Source of the DNA: Candidatus Omnitrophota bacterium | GTDB lineage: Bacteria; Omnitrophota; Gorgyraeia; Zapsychrales; Fredricksoniimonadaceae | Assembly: GCA_903901225.1 (NCBI GenBank) | Contig: CAIUQE010000037.1 | Coordinates: 39,885-103,884, forward strand | Length of the DNA stretch: 64,000 nucleotides | Direction: 5' to 3' | Translations under genes and position numbers: made by a program | Notes under the pieces: model-generated | The model's database searches: none | Seen by the model: the letters and a program-made list of their open reading frames with translations, nothing else | What the model was told of the DNA's origin: nothing | Shown here: positions 28,518 through 39,175 of the stretch, piece by piece | How the letters are laid out: every line of letters starts with the position of its first letter | How positions within the stretch are numbered: position 1 is the first letter of the stretch

Positions 28518-29941
28518 AGCACAGCCCTTTCACGATGCCATCCCGTGGCTTGCTCATACGCGTACGCCGCGCGCAACAGGACATCCTCGGCGAACGGCCT
28601 GGCCATCAGTTGCAAACCGACAGGAAGCCCCGCCTGGTCAAAGCCACAGGGAAAGGATATCGCGGGAATGCCCGCCATGTTCGCCGGTATGGTGAACACA
28701 TCCGAAAGGTACATGGCCAAAGGATCGGATATCTTCTCGCCCGCCTTGAACGCCGTAGTCGGAGACGTCGGTGAAAGCACAACATCACAGGCGCTGAAGG
28801 CATTCTCGAAATCCTGCTTGATCAGGGTGCGCACTTTCTGAGCGCGCAAATAATAGGCGTCATAGTAGCCCGATGAAAGGACATAGGTGCCGAGCATAAT
28901 ACGGCGCTTCGCTTCATCGCCAAACCCCCTGGCGCGGGTCTCTTCATACATGTCAAGGAGCGGATTCTTGCGCGCCTTTGGCGGCACCGCGCGCAGGCCA
29001 AAGGCCACGCCGTCGAAACGGGCGAGGTTCGAACTGGCTTCCGCCGTCGCGATAATGTAATAAGTCGCCAGGGCGTATTCGGTGTGCGGAAGGGAAACAT
29101 CAACGATAATGGCTCCCTGGTCGCGATAAAAAAGGATCGCTTTGCGGACCGCGGCCAGGACATCCGGCTCGATCCCGTCGATAAAATATTCTTTAGGCAC
29201 CCCGATCCTCAACCCTTTCACGTCCTTCGTGAGGGCTTCGGTGTAATCCGGCACAGGCACCTGGAGGGACGTGGAATCCCGTTCATCGAATCCCGCGATG
29301 ATGGTCAGAAGTCTCGCGCAGTCCCGTACATCCTTGGTAATGGGGCCGATCTGGTCAAGGCTGGACCCGAAAGCGATAAGGCCGTAGCGCGACACACGCC
29401 CGTAAGTTGGCTTGAGACCGACCACGCCGCAAAAAGACGCTGGTTGACGGATAGACCCGCCCGTATCGCTGCCCAGTGCCCATACAGCCTGCCCCGCGGC
29501 CACGGCGGCCGCGGAACCGCCCGATGACCCGCCTGGCACACGATCGAGGGCCCAGGGGTTCTTCGCCGGGCCGAAAGCGGAAGTTTCGCAGGATGACCCG
29601 AAAGCGAACTCATCCATATTGGCACTGCCGAGGATCACGCCTCCGGCCGCCTTGATCTTCTCGACGACACAAGCGTCATAAGGCGGGCGAAAACCGTCAA
29701 GTATCCTGGAGCCGCAGGTCGTCAGTTGGCCACTGACACAAATATTGTCCTTGATGGCGATGGGGACGGGGCAAGCGCCTCCCCGGGCATTGACCTCTGC
29801 CGTCAAACGGATAAACGCGTTGGTTTTAGGATTGATCTCCACGGCCCGGCGCAACACGGCATCCGCCGCCGCCTGGGCGGTTGCCCGGCCGGTTTGAATA
29901 AGATCCAGCAATGCGTGAGCTGTAAGGTCAAAGAGGTTCAT
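28514..29941 (-). CDS. gatA: Asp/Glu-tRNA amidotransferase subunit A (amidase)
   Basis: Amidase signature [12 protein letters not shown]; 475 aa. Confidence 0.9.
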   Translation of the reverse strand: MNLFDLTAHALLDLIQTGRATAQAAADAVLRRAVEINPKTNAFIRLTAEVNARGGACPVPIAIKDNICVSGQLTTCGSRILDGFRPPYDACVVEKIKAAGGVILGSANMDEFAFGSSCETSAFGPAKNPWALDRVPGGSSGGSAAAVAAGQAVWALGSDTGGSIRQPASFCGVVGLKPTYGRVSRYGLIAFGSSLDQIGPITKDVRDCARLLTIIAGFDERDSTSLQVPVPDYTEALTKDVKGLRIGVPKEYFIDGIEPDVLAAVRKAILFYRDQGAIIVDVSLPHTEYALATYYIIATAEASSNLARFDGVAFGLRAVPPKARKNPLLDMYEETRARGFGDEAKRRIMLGTYVLSSGYYDAYYLRAQKVRTLIKQDFENAFSACDVVLSPTSPTTAFKAGEKISDPLAMYLSDVFTIPANMAGIPAISFPCGFDQAGLPVGLQLMARPFAEDVLLRAAYAYEQATGWHRERAVL

Positions 29942-30222
29942 TCGATGACCCTCGGGACCTTATAAGACCCGTCGCGTGTGTTTTCAGAAATACCGAGGGC
30001 CTGTTCCCGGGAAAGACCGGGCTTTATAACATCATCACGAAAGACATTCTCGACATCCAGCACATGGCTTGTCGGCTTGACATGGACGACATCAAGCGCG
30101 CCCAGTTTTTCAACGTAATGAAGGATCGCTTCCAGTTCGCGGGCAAACTTCGGCTCGTCGGCCGTTTCAATATGCAGGCGCGCGAGCGAGGCTATATAAC
30201 GGACAATTTTTTCATCAACCAT
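29938..30222 (-). CDS. gatC: Asp/Glu-tRNA amidotransferase subunit C
   Basis: 94-aa protein with similarity to GatC ([19 protein letters not shown]-terminus); first gene of the gatCAB operon. Confidence 0.85.
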   Translation of the reverse strand: MVDEKIVRYIASLARLHIETADEPKFARELEAILHYVEKLGALDVVHVKPTSHVLDVENVFRDDVIKPGLSREQALGISENTRDGSYKVPRVIE

Positions 30223-30251
30223 GATCTTTTCCAGTTTTTTGATGACTCAGA

Positions 30252-30280
30252 ATATAACACCCGTCGCGGGCGGGCACAAG
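30252..30280 (-). promoter_or_regulatory. candidate gatCAB promoter (TTGTGC-16-TTATAT)
   Basis: Only 60-nt gap upstream of gatC; weak match. Confidence 0.2.
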
Positions 30281-30282
30281 CG

Positions 30283-31932
30283 TTAACTCTCCGATGTCGC
30301 CTCCAGCTGTTTAAGCCCCCTGGGGATCGTGAAATGGAATTCCGCCCCCTGCCCGACATCCGAAACGATCCATATCCTGCCGCCATGGTCATCGACGACA
30401 CTTTTAGCGATACTAAGGCCGGCGCCGGTGCCTTCAAACTTCTCGGCCCCTTGAAGGCGTTTGAATATGGCAAAAACCTCGTCGTGGTCCTTGGGCGCGA
30501 TGCCGATCCCGTTATCTTTGACAATGAATTCGCAATGGGCATCTGTTTCAACAAACCGGATGGAGATCGCCGGTTGCACGTCGGGCCGTCCCGATGAGAA
30601 CTTGATCGCGTTGGTCATAAGGTTAAGGAACAGTTCCTTGACCTTGATCGGGTCGCAAACAATGACCGGCATCCCGGGTTGGACAGACAGATCAACCTTG
30701 TTCTGCCGCAGCTTGTACTCCAGCGTCGCCGTCACATCTTCAATAAGTTTTCCTGTCTCGCACGGCGCGTACGGATTTTTAACGCGCGATATCCTGGTCA
30801 GCGCCAGCAGGTCATTGATAAGGGCATTGGCCCTTTCCACGCCGCGGCAAACCCCGTTGATGCTGTCCTGGCCTTTCTTGTCAAGAAGTTCAAAATGGTG
30901 ATTTTTCAGGAAATCCCCGTACCAGGCAATGCCCATCAGCGGCGAACGGATATCGTGGCTGACCGTATGGACAAAACGGTCAAGCTCGTGATTGACTTTC
31001 TCAAGGTCTTTTTTCTGTTGCGCCATAAGATCGAGATTGGACCGGAGTTCTTCGCTCTGTTCTTCCAACCGCCGCCTGGCTTCCGACAACTGGGAGGACA
31101 TCCGGTTGAACTCGCGGCTCAATTCCCCCAGTTCATCACGGGATGCTTCGGGAAGCTTGATCTCGAGATTCCCGCCCCCGATCTCGTGCGTGGCCTTCAA
31201 AAGCTGGCGCATCGGACGGTTGATCCCGCTGACAATGGACAACGCCAGCCCCATGCCAACAAGGAAGCTGAAAATGAAAACGACCCAGAGGAATTCTTCC
31301 GTCGTTAACTCGTAATTCCTGGCGTTTATTTCCGAGGTTTTTGCGAACGTCTGGACCTGCGTGAGCAATTTTTCAAGTTCATTGCTGAGTTTGCGCTCAT
31401 CCGAATGGATCTGGTCAATATCCTCAACGGATATCTCATAACGGCCTTCCCTGACCGCTTCAAATATCTGCCCCGCCATCGCGTCATAATGGATATGCGC
31501 TTTTTCGATCTCCTTGAGGATGTCCTGCACACGGACAAGATCTTCCTGTGTTCTCGGCGACTTAACGGAGCGCAGGGACTCGGTGATGAGCTGTTTGCTG
31601 TTGACGATATTGATCGCCCCCTCTTTGGCCAGGGCGTCAAAATCCTTCCTGGCAAGCTGGGTATGGAACAGCAGATGTTCTTTTCGGGCCGGTGAAACCT
31701 GCTGGTACGCCAGCTCCTCGGCGATACGGCGGAGCCTTTCAAAAATGACGGCCTTCTGCAATTGATGTTTGGTCACCGTGGTCACGGTCTGCATCAAGGC
31801 GACGTCTTTCTTGACAACCCCGTGCAATTCGCTGCTCACGCTTTTGAGCAGGCCAAAGCTGATGATGCCGTTGACCGCCAGGACAACCAACAGCAGCGAG
31901 ATCAACGCGATGATCTTGGTGGATATCTTCAC
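30283..31932 (-). CDS. sensor histidine kinase (TM - sensor region - HAMP - HisKA - HATPase_c), no adjacent response regulator
   Basis: H-box HTVSHDIRSPLMGI; N/G1/G2 boxes (NLMTNAIKFS, DNGIGI, GTGAGLSI); two TM segments flank a ~180-aa region. Confidence 0.8.
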   Translation of the reverse strand: MKISTKIIALISLLLVVLAVNGIISFGLLKSVSSELHGVVKKDVALMQTVTTVTKHQLQKAVIFERLRRIAEELAYQQVSPARKEHLLFHTQLARKDFDALAKEGAINIVNSKQLITESLRSVKSPRTQEDLVRVQDILKEIEKAHIHYDAMAGQIFEAVREGRYEISVEDIDQIHSDERKLSNELEKLLTQVQTFAKTSEINARNYELTTEEFLWVVFIFSFLVGMGLALSIVSGINRPMRQLLKATHEIGGGNLEIKLPEASRDELGELSREFNRMSSQLSEARRRLEEQSEELRSNLDLMAQQKKDLEKVNHELDRFVHTVSHDIRSPLMGIAWYGDFLKNHHFELLDKKGQDSINGVCRGVERANALINDLLALTRISRVKNPYAPCETGKLIEDVTATLEYKLRQNKVDLSVQPGMPVIVCDPIKVKELFLNLMTNAIKFSSGRPDVQPAISIRFVETDAHCEFIVKDNGIGIAPKDHDEVFAIFKRLQGAEKFEGTGAGLSIAKSVVDDHGGRIWIVSDVGQGAEFHFTIPRGLKQLEATSES

Positions 31933-32321
31933 GGGGCCTCCAGTCTGGAACGCAGATCTTCCGGCAAGGGGTGTGGTTTGAAGTCACGGCTAAGGCAAAC
32001 GAGGGATACCTCGGCCTCCACGAGGACGCGCTCGTCAAGGGCGGCGGTCACCTTCTGCCGGAAAAAGATCTGGACCCCCGTCACTTTGAGGACTTTGGCG
32101 TCGCATATAATGGTGTCACCGTAACGCGCGGGGCTTTTATACTCAACATGGCACTGGCGCACGGCATAAATAAGGCCCCTGTCGGAAAAAGCCTTCACGC
32201 CAAGGCCGAGGTCCTCGAAGAACTGCGTCCTCGCCTCTTCCATGAACTTCAGGTAATTGGCATAATAAACGACGCCACCGGCGTCCGTGTCATGATAATA
32301 AATTTTGCGCTGTATAGGCAT
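31929..32321 (-). CDS. hotdog-fold acyl-CoA thioesterase (YbgC/4HBT family)
   Basis: YHDTDAGGVVYYANYLKFMEEAR signature; 130 aa. Confidence 0.7.
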   Translation of the reverse strand: MPIQRKIYYHDTDAGGVVYYANYLKFMEEARTQFFEDLGLGVKAFSDRGLIYAVRQCHVEYKSPARYGDTIICDAKVLKVTGVQIFFRQKVTAALDERVLVEAEVSLVCLSRDFKPHPLPEDLRSRLEAP

Positions 32322-33111
32322 TGGCTATCCTCGCGTAATCGCTGATCGTCAAGTCACCTGCCCTCAACTCCGGCTTGACGCCGGCCTGCTCGAGCACAGC
32401 GGCCGTTTGTTCCTTGGAACAAAGGGACGCGAGTGAGTTCAATATGTTCTTGCGCCGCTGCTGGAAAGCCTGGCGAACCACCCGCGCAAAAGCCGCCTCA
32501 TCCAGGACGGGTGCCGCGGGTTTTTCACGCAGGTCAAAACGCATGAAACAGGACACGATCTTTGGCGCCGGCCTGAAGGCCATCGGGCTTATTTTAAAAA
32601 GCATCACCGGCACAGCGAACATCTGCACAAAACACGTCAGGGATGAATAATCCCTGCTGCCGGGACTGGCAATGAGGCGCGCGCCAAATTCATACTGCAC
32701 TGTCATAAAGAGCGATGTGAACATTGCCCGCTGCTCAATGGCCATGGCAATGATGGGCGTCGAAATATTGTACGGAACATTGCCGACGACCTTGACCGGA
32801 CTTGCTCCCAATCGGGAAAGGTCAAACTTCAAAATATCCTCATGGTAAACCTCAACGTTCCTGCCCGCGAATTCCTCTTCAAGGCGGGGCGCCAGGGTCC
32901 GGTCAGCCTCAACAGCGATGACCTTCTTCACGCAGGGCGCTATCAGGCGCGTCAAAGCGCCCTGGCCAGGGCCGATCTCCAGGACCGTCTCATCGCAGTT
33001 AAAACCACATGCGTCTATAAGACGGGCCATGACCCTCTGATCCACAAGGAAATTCTGCCCCAGGCGTTTCTTGGGAAAAAAAGAAGGGTCAATGCCGTCA
33101 AAAAGCTTCAC
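32290..33111 (-). CDS. rsmA: 16S rRNA (adenine1518/1519-N6)-dimethyltransferase
   Basis: LGQNFLVD, EIGPGQGALT motifs of KsgA/RsmA. Confidence 0.9.
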   Translation of the reverse strand: MKLFDGIDPSFFPKKRLGQNFLVDQRVMARLIDACGFNCDETVLEIGPGQGALTRLIAPCVKKVIAVEADRTLAPRLEEEFAGRNVEVYHEDILKFDLSRLGASPVKVVGNVPYNISTPIIAMAIEQRAMFTSLFMTVQYEFGARLIASPGSRDYSSLTCFVQMFAVPVMLFKISPMAFRPAPKIVSCFMRFDLREKPAAPVLDEAAFARVVRQAFQQRRKNILNSLASLCSKEQTAAVLEQAGVKPELRAGDLTISDYARIANAYTAQNLLS

Positions 33112-34049
33112 ATGATCTCCATGGCCTGTTCTATGGCCGCTTTCATTGAACCGGGATCCGCCTTTGACCTGCCGGCAATGTCAAAAGCCGTGCCGTGGGC
33201 TGGAGATGTGCGGACGAACGGAAGCCCCGCCGTAACATTGACAAGCCTGTCAAAATAGCTGGCCTTAAGAAAAGGCAACCCCTGGTCGTGGTACATCGAG
33301 ACAATGAGATCAAACCGCTCACGGATATGCGGCTCGAACACCGTATCAGCCGGAAAAGGCCCCTTGACATCCAGACCCGTGGCGCGCAGTTTCCTGATAG
33401 CCGGAATGATCCGGGTTATTTCCTCCCGGCCCATATGCCCGCCTTCTCCAGCGTGCGGGTTCAATCCACAAACAGCAATACGGGGCCGCCTGATACTATA
33501 CCGTTCCCGAAGGAAAGCGTTGGCTGTGGTCACAACTGAACACACCCTGGCTGCTGTTACCTGTGATGGAAGCTCTTTGACAGGCACATGCCGGGTGGCA
33601 AGGACCACCCTGAGATCATCAGCGACAAACAACATTTCAACATTCCTGCAGGAGAACGCCTGTGCCAGGAATGTCGTATGGCCTTTGAAATCCGGAGAAA
33701 AAGGAATGACCCATTCTTTTGAAACAGGGGCTGTCACCAAAGCTCCCGCAACGCCTGAGCTAAGAAGTTTTACCGCCTGCTTGAGATACAGCAATGAATC
33801 AAGCCCCGCCGCTGCCGACGGTTTTCCGGGACGATGTGCCGTTTTATTGGTGCCGGCAACATGCACGACGGAAACAAAAGATGCCTTCTTGCGAAAATAC
33901 CGCCGGAGAATATCTTCATTACCGATAACGATGAAGTCGTGCCCTTTTACCGAAGATAAAGCGTCAAGCGCAGCCGCCGTGACCTCAGGGCCGACCCCGC
34001 AAGGGTCCCCCATCGTGACGGCGATCACCCGGTTATTTGATCTCGACAT
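33108..34049 (-). CDS. pdxA: 4-hydroxythreonine-4-phosphate dehydrogenase
   Basis: IAVTMGDPCGVGPEV N-terminus, HDQGL and TSPAHGTAFDIAG motifs. Confidence 0.9.
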   Translation of the reverse strand: MSRSNNRVIAVTMGDPCGVGPEVTAAALDALSSVKGHDFIVIGNEDILRRYFRKKASFVSVVHVAGTNKTAHRPGKPSAAAGLDSLLYLKQAVKLLSSGVAGALVTAPVSKEWVIPFSPDFKGHTTFLAQAFSCRNVEMLFVADDLRVVLATRHVPVKELPSQVTAARVCSVVTTANAFLRERYSIRRPRIAVCGLNPHAGEGGHMGREEITRIIPAIRKLRATGLDVKGPFPADTVFEPHIRERFDLIVSMYHDQGLPFLKASYFDRLVNVTAGLPFVRTSPAHGTAFDIAGRSKADPGSMKAAIEQAMEIM

Positions 34050-34980
34050 ACGCCTTCTTCCTTAACTTCTCGATCCAGGCGCTGAAAGCCTCCTTGAACT
34101 TGATCTCGAATACTTTCTGGTAAATGTCCTCTTTGAGCTCCTGCAAGGTAGGCGTCACACCCGCGGTGCGCCCTGTCAATTTCAGGATATACAGGCCTTC
34201 CGGGACCCTGAGGATATCCGTGACATTGCCAACGGACATGGTGTCCACTTTCGCCTTGAACTCGGGACTAAGGCTCGAATCGAACACCTCCCCGATGTCA
34301 GGCATCTCGGAATAGATCTTAGCCACCGTCTTGAAGTCTGTCCCGGAGCGTAACTTTTCAAGCGCGGACCGCATCTTTAACATCGCTTCATCATTGCCGG
34401 CATCCGCCTTGATGAAGATCGACTGCAGGTACACCCTCGCGGAACGGCTGTAATCCTGAAGATGGGCATTATAAAAATCGGTGACGTCCTGGGGATTGAC
34501 CGTGATCTTGTCGCGGACTTCCTGCGTCACGATATAACGCGCCTTGAGCTGATTCTCGATCTTTTTACGGATATCCGAAATAGTGACGCCCTCCTTGTTG
34601 ATCTCGGCAAGAAAATCCTGGGTGGCGGGATATTTTGCCTTGATCTCATCCATCCGCTCATCGACAGCCTTGAGACGGATCTGCATGCTCTGACGGTTGG
34701 CCTCGGCAAGGATCAGTTTGTCCTCGATGAGCTGCCCGACACCTTTGCTCTGGTACTCATCCATGATCTCCTTGATATCCTTCGGGCTTCTGCCCTCGAT
34801 GCGCAACTGGGCATAAATGCTGCGCAGGTAATCCTGGAGGTCCTTGGCCGTTATCACGTCACTGTCCACGACCGCGATGATACCATCCTCAAGAGCAAGC
34901 ACCGGAGCTGCGCTGAAGATCCCGATAACAAAAGCCGTCATGAACATGCCAATAATGGTTGAGCGGTATTTAAATGACAT
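34033..34980 (-). CDS. SurA-like periplasmic chaperone / parvulin-type PPIase
   Basis: Signal peptide, SurA-N-like helical domain, parvulin-like C-terminal segment; conserved surA-pdxA-rsmA synteny. Confidence 0.55.
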   Translation of the reverse strand: MSFKYRSTIIGMFMTAFVIGIFSAAPVLALEDGIIAVVDSDVITAKDLQDYLRSIYAQLRIEGRSPKDIKEIMDEYQSKGVGQLIEDKLILAEANRQSMQIRLKAVDERMDEIKAKYPATQDFLAEINKEGVTISDIRKKIENQLKARYIVTQEVRDKITVNPQDVTDFYNAHLQDYSRSARVYLQSIFIKADAGNDEAMLKMRSALEKLRSGTDFKTVAKIYSEMPDIGEVFDSSLSPEFKAKVDTMSVGNVTDILRVPEGLYILKLTGRTAGVTPTLQELKEDIYQKVFEIKFKEAFSAWIEKLRKKAYVEIK

Positions 34981-34998
34981 CCCTGGTCTCCTGTTGCG

Positions 34999-36921
34999 TT
35001 ACGCCGGTTTTACGCCGGACTTGATATTTTCGATCGATTCCTTGAGCAGACGACAATAAAGATCAAAGCCGATTGAAGAAATATAACCATGCTGTTGCTG
35101 GCCCAGCAAATTACCCGCCCCGCGGATCTGGAGGTCCTCAAACGCTATATTAAACCCGGCACCAAGGTCACTGAACTTCTCCAGCGCCTCCAGGCGCCGG
35201 CGCGCGACCCCGGATAGAAGGCCGTGTTCAGGAACAATGAAATACGCGTAAGCCTTGACATCCATCCGCCCCACGCGCCCTCGCAACTGATGAAGGTCCG
35301 AAAGGCCGAACCGGTCCGCTTTGTTGACAATAAGCGTATTGGCGTTGGGTATATCAATGCCGGATTCTATTATAGTGGTGCACACCAAACAATCAATCTG
35401 CCCTTTAAGAAATTGAAGCATGACCTTTTCAAGCTCCCGTCCCGGCATTTGCCCGTGGCCGACCGCCAGCTTCACCCGTGGCACAAGCCGCTGGATGATC
35501 TGGGCGACAGGCATGATATCGTCGACATGATTATGAAGGAAAAAGATCTGCCCGCCGCGGTTCAACTCCCTTTCAACTGCTTCCCGGATAATGTCCTCAT
35601 CAAAATGGATCATGTGCGTGGCCACGGGGACCCTGTTCTGGGGTGGTGTGGATATCACGGACATGTCCCGGCAGCCGGCCATGGCCATGTATAGCGTCCT
35701 GGGAATAGGGGTCGCCGTCAAGGTCAGGACATCCGCCAGGAGCTTCATGTGTTTCAGGCGTTCTTTCGCGGTCACGCCGAAACGCTGTTCTTCGTCGATA
35801 ATGATAAGCCCAAGGTCCTTGAAAGATACGTCCTTTGATAAAAGCCGGTGCGTCCCGATAAGGATATCGATCTTGCCTTCCCTGGCCTCCTGAAGGATAC
35901 CCATCTGTTCACTATGGGTCCGAAAACGGGACACCATCCCCAATCGTACGGGAAAATCTTTCATGCGGCGTGAGAAATTATAATAATGCTGCTCGGCGAG
36001 GACCGTGGTCGGCACGAGGACCGCTACCTGTTTGCCGCCCATGACTGCCTTAAAGGCGGCGCGCATGGCCACTTCCGTCTTCCCATACCCCACGTCTCCG
36101 CATAACAGGCGGTCCATAGGCCGCTGGGCTACCATATCAGCCTTGACCTCAGCCGTGGCCTTGGTCTGGTCGGGCGTTTCCGTGAAGGGGAACTTCTTCT
36201 CGAATTCTTCCTGCCACGCGTTATCCACGGGAAAAGCGAACCCTTTAAGGCTTTCCCGCGCGGCCTGAACGTGGAGCAATTCAGCCGCAAGATGCTGAAG
36301 GCGCTTCTCTATCTGACGCCGGACCTTTTCCCATTCACGGCTGCCGAGCTTGAAAAGGCGCGGCGGCCTTTTGGAAAAACCAATATATTTCTGGACCAGG
36401 TGAAGGTCATGCCGCGGGACAAAAAGCTTATCGCCTCCCTCGTATTCAATGACAAAATGCTCGAGGTCCTTCTGGTCGATCGCGATATCTTCAACACCCA
36501 GGAAACGCCCGATACCATGGATGTTGTGGACGACATAATCCCCTTTCTCGATATCGACAAAATTGCTGAGGGGCATCTCCGACCTGAAAGAAGCTTTCCC
36601 CCGCTCTTTGGCCGGCAGGATAATAACCGCCCTGTGCTCCCAGATGTTCTTGCCCGAAAGGATGTTGAACGTGTAAATGCGACGGACCTTCTCATCGTCC
36701 ATGTCGATCCTGACAGGCGCGTCAAAGTTGACAGGAAAAATATCAATGATCCCGCCGCGAACAGCAAATTGCCCCGCCTCGGCAACGGCCTTTGACCGGG
36801 TATAACCAAATTGCGTGAGATCACGGATGATGTGCTCGGAAGGAATGTTCTGAAGTAGGAAATACTTGAGGGACCTGAACATAAGCAGCCACGAACATAA
36901 AACCCCCGGCTCCGGCAACAT
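34999..36921 (-). CDS. mfd: transcription-repair coupling factor, compact form (partial D2 - RID/D4 - translocase D5/D6; no D1a, D3 or D7)
   Basis: AVRGGIIDIFP (UvrB-homology piece), RID region GDYVVHNIHGIGRF...FPFTETPDQ, SF2 motifs LLCGDVGYGKTEVA, DEEQRFGV, TRG motif; 640 aa versus about 1150 in E. coli. Confidence 0.75.
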   Translation of the reverse strand: MLPEPGVLCSWLLMFRSLKYFLLQNIPSEHIIRDLTQFGYTRSKAVAEAGQFAVRGGIIDIFPVNFDAPVRIDMDDEKVRRIYTFNILSGKNIWEHRAVIILPAKERGKASFRSEMPLSNFVDIEKGDYVVHNIHGIGRFLGVEDIAIDQKDLEHFVIEYEGGDKLFVPRHDLHLVQKYIGFSKRPPRLFKLGSREWEKVRRQIEKRLQHLAAELLHVQAARESLKGFAFPVDNAWQEEFEKKFPFTETPDQTKATAEVKADMVAQRPMDRLLCGDVGYGKTEVAMRAAFKAVMGGKQVAVLVPTTVLAEQHYYNFSRRMKDFPVRLGMVSRFRTHSEQMGILQEAREGKIDILIGTHRLLSKDVSFKDLGLIIIDEEQRFGVTAKERLKHMKLLADVLTLTATPIPRTLYMAMAGCRDMSVISTPPQNRVPVATHMIHFDEDIIREAVERELNRGGQIFFLHNHVDDIMPVAQIIQRLVPRVKLAVGHGQMPGRELEKVMLQFLKGQIDCLVCTTIIESGIDIPNANTLIVNKADRFGLSDLHQLRGRVGRMDVKAYAYFIVPEHGLLSGVARRRLEALEKFSDLGAGFNIAFEDLQIRGAGNLLGQQQHGYISSIGFDLYCRLLKESIENIKSGVKPA

Positions 36922-36952
36922 GCCGGAACCGGGGATAAGAACTAGTGTGCTA

Positions 36953-39151
36953 TTACTGCCACTTCTTCTGGCTCAAAAGGACCAGCGGCGTCACAATGAA
37001 CATGGTCGAATAGACACCGCAGACAAATCCTATCATAAGGACCAGCGAGAAGGTGTTGAGCACTTCACCGCCAAAAAGGAACAAGGCAACAACAACGAGC
37101 AACGTGACAAACGTGCTCAAGACCGTGCGCCCGAGGGTTTGATTGATACTGAGATTAATCACCTCACCCAGGGACAATTTGCGGTTCTTGAGCATATTCT
37201 CACGCACACGATCAAAGACAACGATCGTGTCATTGACCGAATAACCCGCGATGGTCAACAGCGCCGTGACCACCAGGAGGTCGATCTGCCGTCCCATGAT
37301 GACCGAAAGGCCCAGCGCGACAAGGATATCGTGCAGCAACGCTATCACGCCGGCCGCCGCAAATCCGAAATTCTTGAAACGGATCCCGACGTAAATGAGG
37401 ATCGCGGCCAGTGCCAGAAGGATGGCCCAAACAGCCTTTTCACGTAAAGCCTTACCAACAACAGGCCCGACTTTCTCGATACGCAGGGTCTCGAACTTGT
37501 TGTCCTTGAACTCTTTCTTGAATGTCGCGACAACGTTCTCATAACTGTCTTCGCTCGTACGGACAATGACATCCTCGGGATTCTTGTCGAACTGCTGGAT
37601 GACAGCGTCCTTGATGTTCGCGTCCTTGAGCGCCTTGCGGATCAGTTCGGCGGAAACAGCCGTCTGGAAACGGTACTCCTGCACCTGCCCGCCGGCAAAA
37701 TCGATCCCGTAGGCGAGGCTTCCCTTGGAAATGATCGCGAAAGCACCTGCCGCGGTCACGATGCCCGACAGCAGCAAGAACAGGTACATGGGCTTGATAA
37801 AATCGATCTTGGTCTGTTTGAAAAGACGCATCATCTTAAGCGTCGTCAATTTGCGGTTCTCCAGGAGGTACTCGAACATGGCCCGTGTGATATAGACCGC
37901 CGTGAACAGGCTCGCCGCAAGACCGATGCTCAGCGTGATGGCAAAACCCTTGATCGGGCCGGACCCGAACTGGAACAGCAGGAACGCCGCGATCAGTGAT
38001 GTGACGTGCGAGTCAATGATCGCGTTGAGCGCCCTGTCATAACCGCTGGCGATGGCCGCGGCAAGCGTTCGCCCGTTCTCAAGCTCTTCCCTGATACGTT
38101 CATTGATAAGGACGTTGGCGTCAACGGCCATGCCCAGCGTCAGCACGATACCCGCGATGCCCGGCAGGGTCAGCGTGACCTGGGAACCCGGCATCATGAC
38201 ATTGATAAAACCCATCGCGCCAATGATCATCCCCAGGTTCACCAGCAGGGCCAAAGACGCGATGATCCCGCCGATCCAGTAATAAACGATCATGAACGCG
38301 AGGACGAACAATGAGCCGTACAGCGTCGCGTGGATCCCGGCATTGATGGAATCCTTGCCCAGCAAAGGCCCGATCGTACGTTCTTCTTCCACAATGAGCG
38401 GTGCGGGCAGCGAACCGGACCGGAGCGCGAGGGCCAGGACAGACGCCTCGTCATAGGAAAACTGGCCGGTGATCTCCGCCGTTCCCGTGGTGATCGCTTC
38501 ACGGATATTCGGAGCGGATAGAACCTCGTTATCCATGACAATGGCGAGGCGTTCGCCGACATGCTTGTTTGTCAGGTCACCAAAATCCTTGGTGCCTTTG
38601 CCGTTGAATGACAATGATATCTTCGGCAGCATGGTCGAAGAATCAAAATCAACCTTGGCATCAGAAATGGCGTCACCCTGGAGGATCGCTTCCGATTTGA
38701 TGAGAACAGCGTCTTTCCCTTCGCCTTTGGTGAACTTCAACTCATACCCTTCAGGAACCTTGCCCGCGAGCGCGTCCTTCACCCTGGCAGGATCGCTGTC
38801 GACGATCTTGAACTCAAGATGGGCCACCCGTTTGACCATGTCCACAGCCTTGTCACGGTCGGTCACACCCGGCAACTGGACAAGGATCTGGTCCTCGCCC
38901 TGCCGCTGGATCGCCGTCTCGCCGACCCCCATGCTGTCAATACGATTGCGCAGGATCTCCATCGCGCGCAGGACCGCGTCTTCCTTCGCTTTCAGCGAGA
39001 GCTTTGACGTGTCGACCTTGAGGATGAGGTGCATCCCGCCCCTCAGGTCTAATCCCAAATTGATGCGTTTGTTGATAGGCCAGGCGAACGCCACGCACGC
39101 GGCGATGACACCCAGGATGATGATAAAACGGTTGCGAAGGTTCTTCGTCAT
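36953..39151 (-). CDS. secDF: protein translocase subunit SecDF (fused SecD-SecF)
   Basis: 732 aa, two RND-like 6-TM bundles with large periplasmic domains. Confidence 0.9.
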   Translation of the reverse strand: MTKNLRNRFIIILGVIAACVAFAWPINKRINLGLDLRGGMHLILKVDTSKLSLKAKEDAVLRAMEILRNRIDSMGVGETAIQRQGEDQILVQLPGVTDRDKAVDMVKRVAHLEFKIVDSDPARVKDALAGKVPEGYELKFTKGEGKDAVLIKSEAILQGDAISDAKVDFDSSTMLPKISLSFNGKGTKDFGDLTNKHVGERLAIVMDNEVLSAPNIREAITTGTAEITGQFSYDEASVLALALRSGSLPAPLIVEEERTIGPLLGKDSINAGIHATLYGSLFVLAFMIVYYWIGGIIASLALLVNLGMIIGAMGFINVMMPGSQVTLTLPGIAGIVLTLGMAVDANVLINERIREELENGRTLAAAIASGYDRALNAIIDSHVTSLIAAFLLFQFGSGPIKGFAITLSIGLAASLFTAVYITRAMFEYLLENRKLTTLKMMRLFKQTKIDFIKPMYLFLLLSGIVTAAGAFAIISKGSLAYGIDFAGGQVQEYRFQTAVSAELIRKALKDANIKDAVIQQFDKNPEDVIVRTSEDSYENVVATFKKEFKDNKFETLRIEKVGPVVGKALREKAVWAILLALAAILIYVGIRFKNFGFAAAGVIALLHDILVALGLSVIMGRQIDLLVVTALLTIAGYSVNDTIVVFDRVRENMLKNRKLSLGEVINLSINQTLGRTVLSTFVTLLVVVALFLFGGEVLNTFSLVLMIGFVCGVYSTMFIVTPLVLLSQKKWQ

Positions 39152-39175
39152 GTTATCCTCGAAATATTAAAAAAA

